From the IMG/VR virus record IMGVR_UViG_3300031892_000001, positions 1 through 50,435 of that record: a stretch of 50,435 nt of DNA, one strand, 5' to 3'. This document shows, piece by piece, positions 36,871 to 45,730 of this stretch. The position numbers were made by a program, and so were the translations under genes. Each line of letters opens with the position of its first letter. Positions within the stretch are counted from its first letter, which is position 1. Under the pieces are notes generated by a model that was not told where the DNA came from, ran no database searches, and worked only from the letters and a program-made list of their open reading frames with translations. The stretch is from a virus (Duplodnaviria; Caudoviricetes).

Positions 36871-37151
36871 ACGACCGGTTCAACTGGCGGACCGAAGGCC
36901 TGTGCCGTCAGGTCGGCGGTGACCTGTTCTACCCAGACAGGGGTGACCCGATCTCCACGAGGGCGATCAAGGCGGTGTGCCTCAACTGCCCGGTGCTGGT
37001 CGAGTGCCGGGAGTACGCGCTGGAGGCGCGGGAGCCGTACGGGATCTGGGGCGGCATGTCGGAGCGGGAACGGCGCCTGCTGCGAGCAGAGCGGAACCGG
37101 GCCGCCGGCGTCACCCGGCCGCAGACAGCGAACCTGAAGGGAGTCGCGTAG
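36867..37151 (+). CDS. WhiB family transcriptional regulator
   Basis: LC...FYP...CLNCPV..EC...YGIWGGMSERERR. Confidence 0.92.
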   Translation: MNDRFNWRTEGLCRQVGGDLFYPDRGDPISTRAIKAVCLNCPVLVECREYALEAREPYGIWGGMSERERRLLRAERNRAAGVTRPQTANLKGVA

Positions 37152-37438
37152 TGGCCCGGCCCGCAGTGCACCCGACCACGCTGGCTCGCGTCCGCCTCGA
37201 GGTATACCGCCAGGCGGGATACGCCTGCCTCCACTGCGGGTGGGCGCCAGAGGTGCCAGACGGATACGACGGCCGGTACGCGCTCGGGGAGACCTACCGC
37301 AAGCCCAACGGCAAGTACGGGTGTCGGGTCCTCGAGCTGGACCACATCGTCCCGTACATCCACGGAGGCCAGTTCGAGGTGGCCAATCTCCAGGCCCTCT
37401 GCAACTCATGCAACGTCAGGAAGGGAGCCCAGAACTGA
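37151..37438 (+). CDS. HNH endonuclease
   Basis: CLHCG...LELDHIVP...GG....NLQALCNSCN.RKG. Confidence 0.88.
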   Translation: MARPAVHPTTLARVRLEVYRQAGYACLHCGWAPEVPDGYDGRYALGETYRKPNGKYGCRVLELDHIVPYIHGGQFEVANLQALCNSCNVRKGAQN

Positions 37439-38259
37439 TGCCATGGTTCAACGTGGACGACGGGTTCGCCTTCCACCAGAAGGCGGTCCGGGCTGGCAAC
37501 TCGGCGATCGGGTTGTGGACCCGCGCCGGGTCGTGGTCCGCGCATCAGCTCACCGAGGGGTTCGTGCCAGCCGCGATCGTGTCCTCTCTCGGCACCACGA
37601 CCCAGGCGCAACGGCTCGTCGCGGTCGGCCTGTGGCTGGAGGTTGAGGGCGGCTACCTGTTCCACGAGTGGACGGCGGACGGCCGGAACCCGACGCGCGA
37701 GCAAGTTTTGGAGCGCCGCCGCAAGGACCGCGAGAAGAAGGAAGACGCCCGGCGGAAAGCGAGAGAGAAGACAGCGAATCCCCGAACGCCGCAGGTCGAG
37801 GACGACAGTCCCCAGGGGACAGGAGAGGGACACCCCGAGGGACTCCCCTCGGGAGTCCCCGAGGGAGTCGGCTCTACCACTCCCCTCCCCTCCACTCCCT
37901 CTAAAGAAGACTCACTTCGTTCGTCTTCCCCGCGCAAGCGCGGGCACCGACTGCCGGGCGATTTCACGGTCTCGGCGGAGATGGTGTCGTGGGCGCGGGA
38001 GAACGCACCCGATGTCGACGGACGGACAGCCACGGAGGCGTTCAAGGATCACTTCCGGTCCGCGCCGGGGCAGAAGGGCGTGAAGTTGGACTGGACTGCG
38101 ACGTGGCGGAACTGGATGCGCACCGAGCAGCAGAAGATCCAGCGGCGGCGCCCATCGACAGTGAACGGCTATGCCTCACAGACCGACGCCAACATCGCTG
38201 CCCTCATGGGCCGCAACGGCCAACCCAATCTGCTGGCGCTTCCCGGAGGTGCTTCGTGA
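37438..38259 (+). CDS. Replication initiator protein
   Basis: MPWFNVDD.F..H.K...AIGLW.RAG N-terminus and RLP.DF...F.DHF....KLDWTATWRNW C-terminus; internal DNA repeats. Confidence 0.75.
   Translation: MPWFNVDDGFAFHQKAVRAGNSAIGLWTRAGSWSAHQLTEGFVPAAIVSSLGTTTQAQRLVAVGLWLEVEGGYLFHEWTADGRNPTREQVLERRRKDREKKEDARRKAREKTANPRTPQVEDDSPQGTGEGHPEGLPSGVPEGVGSTTPLPSTPSKEDSLRSSSPRKRGHRLPGDFTVSAEMVSWARENAPDVDGRTATEAFKDHFRSAPGQKGVKLDWTATWRNWMRTEQQKIQRRRPSTVNGYASQTDANIAALMGRNGQPNLLALPGGAS
37808..37900. repeat. Iteron-like repeats inside the initiator gene, putative origin
   Basis: GTCCCCAGGGGAC palindrome, three CCCCGAGGGA/CCCCTCGGGA units at ~11-12 bp spacing, then CTCCC repeats. Confidence 0.55.
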
Positions 38260-38606
38260 ACGAGCAGCAAGTCCGGGCGGTGCTCGCGACCGCCATGGCC
38301 TACGACAACCGGCGGCCGGGTGAGGCGAACATCGCGGCGTGGATGGAGGCGGCTGACCGGGGTCGGTGGTCTTTCGAGGCGGCGGTGGAGGCGGTGCACC
38401 AGCACTACGCCACGTCGACCGAGTTCCTCATGCCAGCGCATGTGACGAAGTTGGTGCGGTCGGCGATGCGGCAGCCGGGTCCGGTGTCGGAGGCAGTGGC
38501 TCACCTCGAGGGCGCGCGGCCTGCGTCGGAGGAGACGCGCGCCAAGGCGATGGAGGAGATCCGGCGGTTCGCGGACCGGTTCAAGCCGCCGGGATATGTG
38601 GCATGA
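38256..38606 (+). CDS. Helicase loader/inhibitor-like protein
   Basis: AYDNR.......AW......F..A.EAV..HY.....LMPAHV; follows the initiator gene. Confidence 0.55.
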   Translation: MNEQQVRAVLATAMAYDNRRPGEANIAAWMEAADRGRWSFEAAVEAVHQHYATSTEFLMPAHVTKLVRSAMRQPGPVSEAVAHLEGARPASEETRAKAMEEIRRFADRFKPPGYVA

Positions 38607-39880
38607 CGTCGTGGGCTGAGCGGCAACGAGACGCAGACGCCAACTGGCGGAACGAGCGACTCACCGCGGAGACCGTCGCATGCCCGTGGTGCCACCAGCC
38701 GCGTGGACAGACGTGCCTCAACTCGCTCACCGGGGAGCCGATGGAGCGGGTGCCGGCGCATTGGCAGCGGCTGTTCGCAGTCGAACACGGGCAGGAGGTG
38801 GACTCATGAGGCGCTGGTTGTCCCGGGTCACCGGGAACTACATCGGCATCACGCGCTACCTCGAGGCGGCCCAGCAGGCGCGGCGGGAGCGAGACGAGGC
38901 GATGGCGCGGGCGGTCGCGGCGGTGGAGTTGGCGCGGCTGGCGTGGCAGGCCGCCGAGGTGGCGCACCTGCAGGCGGAAGGCGCGCGGCGGGTCGTCCGC
39001 ACGCTGCTCGAGCCGGGCGAGGTCGAACGGTGCCGGAAGGTGCGGCTGCGCACCCGGGACGAGGCGGAGACGTTCGCGGCGAGGGTGATGGCGGACACCG
39101 GCTGCGGTCGGCTCGAGGCCTATCGGTGCCCGCACTGCCCGCGCCGACCGGTGTCGCTGGAGAAGTTCTTCCACGTCCGGCACGCCGACTGGCGGGAGCG
39201 GAACCAGCCGCACCGGCACCAGACGCTGCTGCTGAAGCACGTGCCGCTCGAGCAGATCGAGGCGTTGCGGGCGAAGTTCGGGCGGCCAGCGTGATCACCG
39301 AGGCCGACTTCGAAGGCGGCGACCTCGAGGCCGCCCGGCAACCGCCCACAGCGGATCAGTCGGCATGGGACGAGGTGTGGCAGGACAACCGGCGCAAGGC
39401 GCTCGCCCGCGGCCGCACCCCGAACCAGGCCGCCCAGATCGCGGATACCAGGACAGAAGCCCAGAAAGGGCAGAGACCGGAACGACCGAAGGAGACGAGA
39501 TGAGGTTCGAAGTCGGAGAGCGGGTCACGTTCGCCGAGGACCCGAACCCGTTCACTGTGCAGGCGGTAAGCGCTAGTGGACGCTGGGTCGCTGCGACGCG
39601 TGAGTGGTGCCAGTGGGACATCGACCGGGCACACGAGGAGGGCCTGGCGGAACTGTTCGATGAGGACTTGCTCGGTGGGTGGCCGAAGATCGGGGACTGC
39701 GTCTACACCGTCGTCGACACCCAGCAGGGGATGCGCGGCGTGGACGACGCCATCGGCAGCCTCGGATACGAGACTCGCGAGGACTGCGAGCGCGCCTTGG
39801 CGGAGTTCGAGTCGGGCCGGTTCGAGTTCTCGCATCGAAGCCAGCCGATTGAACTGCGGCTGTCGGCGGGCGCGTCGTGA
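38603..39880 (+). other. Four hypothetical genes: 38603-38809 (CxxC), 38806-39294 (YRCPHC..H), 39291-39503, 39500-39880
   Basis: ATGA/GTGA-coupled ORFs. Confidence 0.6.
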
Positions 39881-40206
39881 GTGTGGGTGACGGTCCCCGA
39901 ACCGGGACGGGGCGGACGAAGACCGCGACCTGCGGGCGCTGCACGGCGCAGTGGCGAGACAGCAGGGTGGCTCACTGCGGCGGCTGCTGCAGGACCTTCG
40001 CGTCGGTGTCGCTGTTCGACGCCCACCGGTCAGCGGACGGCGATCACGGCACCTGCCTTGACCCGGCCACCGTGGTCGGGCGGCACGGTGAGCGGCGGCT
40101 GTTCTTCCGGGCGGGCATGTGGCGCGGGCCCGAGCTGACCGAGGAGCAGCGGGCGACGCTGGCGAAGGTGTGGGGCGGTGAAGCAGATGAGCCCATTCCC
40201 GCCTAG
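39877..40206 (+). CDS. FDxHR-type zinc-binding phage protein
   Basis: C..C...W....AHC..C.RTF.....FDAHR......C.DP. Confidence 0.75.
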   Translation: MSVGDGPRTGTGRTKTATCGRCTAQWRDSRVAHCGGCCRTFASVSLFDAHRSADGDHGTCLDPATVVGRHGERRLFFRAGMWRGPELTEEQRATLAKVWGGEADEPIPA

Positions 40207-40840
40207 AGAGGGTGCCGCAGGAGCGACGAACCCGCCGGATCCGGGTGCGGATGCCGCCGAGACGGTTCAGGCCGCCACAGGCGATCTCAGAGGCTTGTCT
40301 CCGCTGGAGCAGATCGAGCGGCTGGCGGCGCTGCTGGAGCCGGAGGCGTTCGACCCGGACGTGCCGGCGGCCGAGGAGTGGCGGGAGTCGGCGCAGAACA
40401 GCGCGGTCGGCTACGCGGCGCGCGCGGTCACGGCCGGGTATCGGCGGGTGGTGGAGGACGACACCACAGCGGCAGCGATGGTGCGCGAGTTCCACGTCGC
40501 GTTCGACCTGCCGATCAACGACGCCACCCGCACCCTGAACAAGCTCCGCGCCGACCTGATCCGCGAGGAAGCCGAGGAGACCGCTGAGGCGGTGGAGTCC
40601 GGCGACCTGGAGCACATGGCCAAGGAGCTTGCCGACCTCGCGTACGTGGTCTACGGCGCGGCGCTGACCCTAGGCATCGACCTGGACGTCGCGATCGCGG
40701 CCGTTCACGCCTCGAACATGTCGAAGCTGGTCGACGGCAGGCCGGTCATGCGGCCGGACGGGAAGGTCTTGAAGGGACCCAACTACGCGCCTCCGGACAT
40801 GCGGGCTGCTGTTCGGGCTCTCCGAGAGGACACGCCATGA
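40187..40840 (+). CDS. MazG-like/PRA-PH nucleoside triphosphate pyrophosphohydrolase
   Basis: MVREFH..F...LIREEAEE...KELADLAYVVYG...VH.SNMSK...R.DGKVLKGPNY. Confidence 0.88.
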   Translation: MSPFPPREGAAGATNPPDPGADAAETVQAATGDLRGLSPLEQIERLAALLEPEAFDPDVPAAEEWRESAQNSAVGYAARAVTAGYRRVVEDDTTAAAMVREFHVAFDLPINDATRTLNKLRADLIREEAEETAEAVESGDLEHMAKELADLAYVVYGAALTLGIDLDVAIAAVHASNMSKLVDGRPVMRPDGKVLKGPNYAPPDMRAAVRALREDTP

Positions 40841-41139
40841 CGAGCACATGCGAGATGGAGTCGTGCCCGAACTGGTCCGGAGACGGCGAAGTCTGCCCGT
40901 GCGCCGTGTTCGACCTCGGACGCCCTGCCCGGCCGCGCAGCTACTGCGAGGGCGACTACCGGCCGCCCGGATCCGACCATGCCGACGTGTGCTTTGCCAC
41001 GCTCAACGCGCGCGGCGAGTGCACGCGTACCGGCGGCTGGCATGACCCTGACACGGGCCTGTGGGTCCGTCACGGCGAGACAGCCGAGGACGCTGTCGCG
41101 GCGGCTCTCCGAGGAGACCAGCCAGAAGCCGGGTCGTGA
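40837..41139 (+). CDS. Cys-rich hypothetical protein
   Basis: ATGA-coupled 100-aa ORF. Confidence 0.55.
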   Translation: MTSTCEMESCPNWSGDGEVCPCAVFDLGRPARPRSYCEGDYRPPGSDHADVCFATLNARGECTRTGGWHDPDTGLWVRHGETAEDAVAAALRGDQPEAGS

Positions 41140-41147
41140 TCTTGGTG

Positions 41148-41333
41148 TCAGTCAGAGGACGAACGCTCAGGCGGCCGACGAACAGTGACGCCGGGTGTGC
41201 GGGAGTACCAGAGCACGAGGGTTCGGAGCATGACGTGCGGGTCGACGTCGGCCGTCTCGCAGGCAGCGGCGAACCGCTTCCACGGCTCATCGGCCATGCG
41301 GAAGGTGCGCTTGTCGTGACCCTGGTTCGGCAC
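41148..41333 (-). CDS. Ribbon-helix-helix (CopG/Arc-like) regulator
   Basis: MPNQ...RTFRMADEPWKRFAAAC......MLRTLVLWY..PG...RP pattern. Confidence 0.7.
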   Translation of the reverse strand: MPNQGHDKRTFRMADEPWKRFAAACETADVDPHVMLRTLVLWYSRTPGVTVRRPPERSSSD

Positions 41334-41349
41334 GCACCCCACCTTACCT

Positions 41350-41408
41350 GGTGGTACCACCTCCCGCCTAGAAACTCGCCGCGCAGGGTGGCGTAGGTGG
41401 TACCACCT
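41350..41408. promoter_or_regulatory. Two copies of palindrome GGTGGTACCACC, probable RHH operators
   Basis: Exact 12-bp palindrome at 41350-41361 and 41396-41407 in the divergent intergenic region. Confidence 0.75.
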
Positions 41409-41454
41409 GAGATAGCATGAGCAGGCAACACGGGATCAAAACCAGGGAGTCGCA

Positions 41455-42036
41455 GTGACCATGATCGACCAGCTGAACCAGGCCGAGACCGACGACCGCG
41501 TCTTCACCTTCCGCAGCTCGACCGGCGCCACGGTCCTGTTCGACCGGATCACCGGCCAGTCCTGCGCGGTCGCCCGCACCTGCCCCATGACGGGTGGCGA
41601 CAACTGCGACGGTGCGGACGCGGTCAACTGCCCGGCCTGCTGACCGACCGGGGCCCGTGTCGGGGCGGGCCCCAACCCCCCTGATCTACGAGGAGTGAGA
41701 CATGGCAGAGACCGACACCTACGGGTTCACGGCGACGCGTGAGGGCGACACGATCCAGGTCGCCGACAACCAGGGCGGCGGCACGGCGTTTGTCGCGGGC
41801 ACGCGCGCCGACGCGGCGGAGGGCATCCGCCGCTACATGGATGGCCTGGTCCGCGAGTTCGCCGACGAGATGGCCGAGGAGCTGTTCGGCGACGACCCGG
41901 ACGGCTACACCGACGAGGACTGATCCAGCACGCCGAGGAGGACGGCATGTGCACCAACCGCAAACCCCACCAGCCCCACACCTACCCGATGTACCGGTGG
42001 TTCACCAAGTTCTGGTTCCACTGCCCCGGCCGCTGA
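41455..42036 (+). other. Three small genes: 41455-41643 (Cys-rich), 41702-41923 (acidic), 41947-42036 (29 aa, MCTNRKPHQPHTYPMYRWFTKFWFHCPGR)
   Basis: Each has a GGAG/GAGGAG RBS; they precede tnpB. Confidence 0.6.
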
Positions 42037-42053
42037 GCAAGGAGAACAGAGAC

Positions 42054-43451
42054 ATGGCGATCCAGGCGTACCTCTTCGCGCTTGACCCGACCGATCATCA
42101 GGTCGAGGTCATGCGCTCGCACTGCGGTGCGCAGAGGTACGCCTACAACTGGTGCCTCGCCCAGGTGAAGGCCAACTGGGCGCAGCGAGCTGCGGAGCAG
42201 ACCTACGGCCTGACCGGCGACCAGTTGACGCCGTGGATCGATACCTCTGCCTACAGCCTTCGCAAGGCCTGGAACGCGGCCAAGCAGCGCGTCGCTCCAT
42301 GGTGGTCGGAGAACTCGAAGGAGGCCTACGCTTCCGGGTGCGCCAACCTGGCGACCGCGCTCCGCAACTGCAAGGCAGGGCGTGCGCGTATGCCGCGGTT
42401 CAAGGCCAAGCACCGCGGGCGGCAGTCGTGCCGCTTCACCACCGGCGGGTTTGGGCTCGGCGCGGATCGGCGTCACATCCGACTGCCGGTCATCGGCGCC
42501 GTGAGGACCGCCGAGTCCGCCCGGAAGCTGGCCCGGAAGGTTGAGACGGGTCATGCGCGGATCCGGTCGGCGACGCTGTCGTTCCAGCGCGGCCGGTGGC
42601 ACGTCTCGTTCTCGGTCGAGGTCGACAGCCTCGACCCAGTGCAACGCCTCGGTGGCGTGGCGGTGGGGGTGGACCTCGGCATCAAGTCGCTGGCGACACT
42701 CTCGACTGGCGAGCAGGTGCCGAACCCGCGCCGTCTGGATGCCGTTCTCCAGAGACTCCGCCGCGCTCAGCGGGTCGCTGCGCGACGTCGAGGACCGGAC
42801 CGCAGGAAAGGCGTGGGGCCGTCCAACCGGTGGCGCAAGGCCAGAGCGCGAGCTGACCGGATCTACACCCGGGTGGCGAACCTGCGCCGGAACGACACCC
42901 ACCAACTGACATCCCGGCTCGTGCGGGACTTCGACACGGTCGTGATCGAGGACCTGCACGTCGCGGGGATGCTCCGCAACCGTCGCCTGGCCCGGCACAT
43001 CACCGGGGCAGCGTGGGCGGAGATCCGCCGACAGCTCGCCTACAAGGCCGAACGTGCGGGCGTCCGGTTGATCGTGGCGGATCGCTGGTTCGCCAGTAGC
43101 AAGACGTGCTCGGGGTGCGGGACAGCGAAAGCCAAGCTGGCCCTGTCCGAGCGGACCTACGTGTGTACCGCCTGCGGACTCGTTCTGGACCGGGACGAGA
43201 ACGCGGCGAGGAACCTGGCCGCTCTGGCCAGCGCCGGCGAGTTGCGCCGGGAGCAGCCCGACAGAACTGATGTCAGACCGGCGCGGCTCGCCGCGGCCGG
43301 CAGTCAGACCGCTGCGGGAAGAGCCACGCGCTCAACGTCGGCGCCGCGAGGAGCTGACTCGAACGGTGTCGTTGTGAGTGGGTGCCTACTGGCTGGTGCC
43401 ATGCGGGGCCGATCTGAACGGCCCGATCTGAACGGAGGCGAACAGGAATGA
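42054..43451 (+). CDS. tnpB: RNA-guided endonuclease TnpB (IS607-type)
   Basis: AYLFALDPT HTH, PWWSENSKEAY, RuvC-I VGVDLG, RuvC-II VIEDL, zinc ribbon SKTCSGCG...CTACG, RuvC-III DRDENAARNL; AAGGAG RBS. Confidence 0.93.
   Translation: MAIQAYLFALDPTDHQVEVMRSHCGAQRYAYNWCLAQVKANWAQRAAEQTYGLTGDQLTPWIDTSAYSLRKAWNAAKQRVAPWWSENSKEAYASGCANLATALRNCKAGRARMPRFKAKHRGRQSCRFTTGGFGLGADRRHIRLPVIGAVRTAESARKLARKVETGHARIRSATLSFQRGRWHVSFSVEVDSLDPVQRLGGVAVGVDLGIKSLATLSTGEQVPNPRRLDAVLQRLRRAQRVAARRRGPDRRKGVGPSNRWRKARARADRIYTRVANLRRNDTHQLTSRLVRDFDTVVIEDLHVAGMLRNRRLARHITGAAWAEIRRQLAYKAERAGVRLIVADRWFASSKTCSGCGTAKAKLALSERTYVCTACGLVLDRDENAARNLAALASAGELRREQPDRTDVRPARLAAAGSQTAAGRATRSTSAPRGADSNGVVVSGCLLAGAMRGRSERPDLNGGEQE
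43225..43440 (+). ncRNA. Putative omegaRNA overlapping the tnpB 3' end
   Basis: Inferred from TnpB biology. The protein tail after RuvC-III is non-conserved, the region has hairpins, and there are three GAACGG candidate right ends; boundaries uncertain. Confidence 0.5.
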
Positions 43452-45152
43452 GCGACCTGGTACCCGAAGAAGCGATCGAGCGGGCGTCGTACCGGCTAGC
43501 GGGCCGGTTCCGGGGCGACGAAGGCCAGTGGCGTGGCTACACGGACGCGGCGGAGGTGGCGTTGGAGGCTGCGGCTCCGCTGATCCTGGCCGCCGAACTG
43601 GACCGGCTGGCGGACGACCTCGCTGCGCAGGTGGAGGAGACGCTAGTCGTTGCGCGCCGGTTGAAGGCGGGCAAGGACGGCGTGACCGTGTCGTCGGCGG
43701 ACCTGTTCGCGGAGGCGCAAGGCATGGAGCGGGCCGCGCATGAACTTCGGGTGCGGGCTTCTGTGTTGCGTGGGGAAGGACACCGAAATGACTGACCTGG
43801 CGGCCAAGATCCGGAACAGCGCGCTGCTGCAACCGCGCGCTCTTCCCGCCGACTACCACTACGACGTGCTTCGCCTCCAAGCGGCACTCACCGACGTGCT
43901 CGACATCCACAAGCCGGTGGAGTGGTTCGAGGAGTGCACGCTGCACCAGATGCCGATGGACGACGACCCCGGCCACGACGAGTACTGGGACACCCACCGG
44001 TACGTCGGCCCCGAGGCGGACATGGTGGCGTGCGACGAGACGAAGGTGGCGGACTGCTGCGTGTCCTGCACGCCGAAGCGCACAGAGGACGACAGTGACC
44101 TCGTGGTCTGGCCGTGCCCCACTGTCGTTGCCGTCGCTGCTGCTCTTGGTGTCCGAGAAGACGGACCGGAAGGCGAGTGAGCGATGAGTGATCTTGCGGA
44201 GTCGATGGTGGACGCCGCCGCGCGGGAGGTTGCGCGGATGATGCACCGCGGTGACCCGTCGGCGCGCGCGATCGCCGCTGAGGTCGTCGCCATGACCGTC
44301 GAGCGACTGGACCAGGAGGTCAGCTGGCGGGCCTTGGGTGACGGGGAGCCGGTCGAGCTTGGGCCGCTGGCGGTCGAAGTCCGGGAGGGCTGACGTGCCT
44401 ACTGCTTGGGGTGCTGGTCAGGTCACGGACTGCGGACGGACAGTGGGAGCAGCAGCCGGGAACACGTCGGCGGTGCGTGCGGCGGCGGTGAGGGCTGTGG
44501 CTTCGGCTGCGGTGGATGCGGACGACGCGCGACGCCTGCTCGATCAGCTCGGGCTGTCGGCGGTTGAGGGTCGGGACGGAACGGAGAAGGTGGCATGACG
44601 GACACGCCGATCAAGCGCGGGACCGCGCGTCGCATGGGACTAGCGCATCCCGATGACTACGTCTCGGTACACGTCCTGCCGGACCTCGCCCGGTTGGGGC
44701 AGTCGCTCCGCGCAGCGATGGCGCGAGCCGGGACGCAGCCGCCGCCGATCGAAGGGGGGCGAGGCCCTCACGACCGTCCACGAGCGGATCAAGGTCACCC
44801 GCTGGTGACCGTGTGCCCGGAGCGGTTCTCGCGTCCCGGCCACGACCGGGACGTCCTCAACGCGATGTGGTCGCAGGTCCAGTTGGGCCGACCGCTCAGC
44901 AAGATCCAGGTAGAGCACCTGCTGCAGATCGTGTGGAGAGCGGGGGCGACCGCCGAACACGACCTGATGTACGAGGGCGTCACCGAGGGCTGCCGACCGC
45001 TGTTCGACTACGCGAGGGTGCTGGCTCAGACCGGCAGTTCGGGTGACCGGTTCGTCTGGTGCGTGGCGCGGGTGTACGGCCCGACCCTGCGGTGGCGTGA
45101 CCGGCTGCGTCTCGCGGTGTACCTGGCGTTCCGTAAGGGGTACTCGCGGTGA
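43448..45152 (+). other. Hypothetical genes: 43448-43795, 43788-44180 (CxxC..WPCPT), 44184-44393, 44395-44598, 44595-45152
   Basis: Coupled ORFs continuing the early operon. Confidence 0.6.
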
Positions 45153-45730
45153 CCGCGATCGCAGGGCTCGTGCACGACGGCCGGGTGCTGATCGGAGCCG
45201 ACTCCGGCGGCGTGGGCGGGTGGATAGTGAACGTCCGCAAGGACTCGAAGGTGTTCACGAACGGCGCCTACGTCATGGGGTTCACGACCTCGTTCCGGAT
45301 GGGTCAACTCCTGCGGTGGTCGTTCAAGCCGCCCGCCCCCGGCAAGGGTTCGCTGGAGCGGTTCATGTGCACCACGTGGGTGGATGCTGTCCGTGCCGCG
45401 CTGCGTGACGGCGGGTGGGCGAAGAAGGACGCCGAGCAGGAGAAGGGCGGCGAGTTCCTGGTAGGGGTCCGCGGGCGACTGTTCGTCGTCGCGGAAGACT
45501 TCCAGGTCGGCGAGCATGTGGACGGCTACGCCGCCGCGGGGTCGGGTGAGCAGCTCGCGTTGGGCGCGTTGTCGGCGACGGAGCATCTCGGGTTGGACCC
45601 GGAGAAGCGGGTGCTGTCGGCGTTGGAGGCTGCGGAGCGGCACAACATCGGGGTGCGTGGCCCGTTCCATCTGGTGTGGGAGAAGAAGCCGTCTCGTCGG
45701 GGCACTATCCGCATGGAGGACACAACATGA
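45149..45730 (+). CDS. HslV/proteasome-beta-like Ntn hydrolase
   Basis: N-terminal Thr (M-TAIAGL), GADS, KVF and AAGSG..ALGAL motifs. Confidence 0.8.
   Translation: MTAIAGLVHDGRVLIGADSGGVGGWIVNVRKDSKVFTNGAYVMGFTTSFRMGQLLRWSFKPPAPGKGSLERFMCTTWVDAVRAALRDGGWAKKDAEQEKGGEFLVGVRGRLFVVAEDFQVGEHVDGYAAAGSGEQLALGALSATEHLGLDPEKRVLSALEAAERHNIGVRGPFHLVWEKKPSRRGTIRMEDTT

Noticed and set aside
24180-41140. Recurring GGxGxxTCGTGA motif as a DNA repeat family
   Set aside because: Explained by an SD plus GTGA stop/start coupling at gene junctions, common in actinophages.
41739-42053. N-terminal 105-aa extension of TnpB in the ORF track
   Set aside because: It overlaps two better small ORFs; the TnpB HTH and a strong RBS point to ATG 42054.
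42054-43451. Cas12/CRISPR locus or nuclease-dead TldR
   Set aside because: No repeat-spacer array seen anywhere in the window; size and motifs fit TnpB; all three catalytic residues are present.
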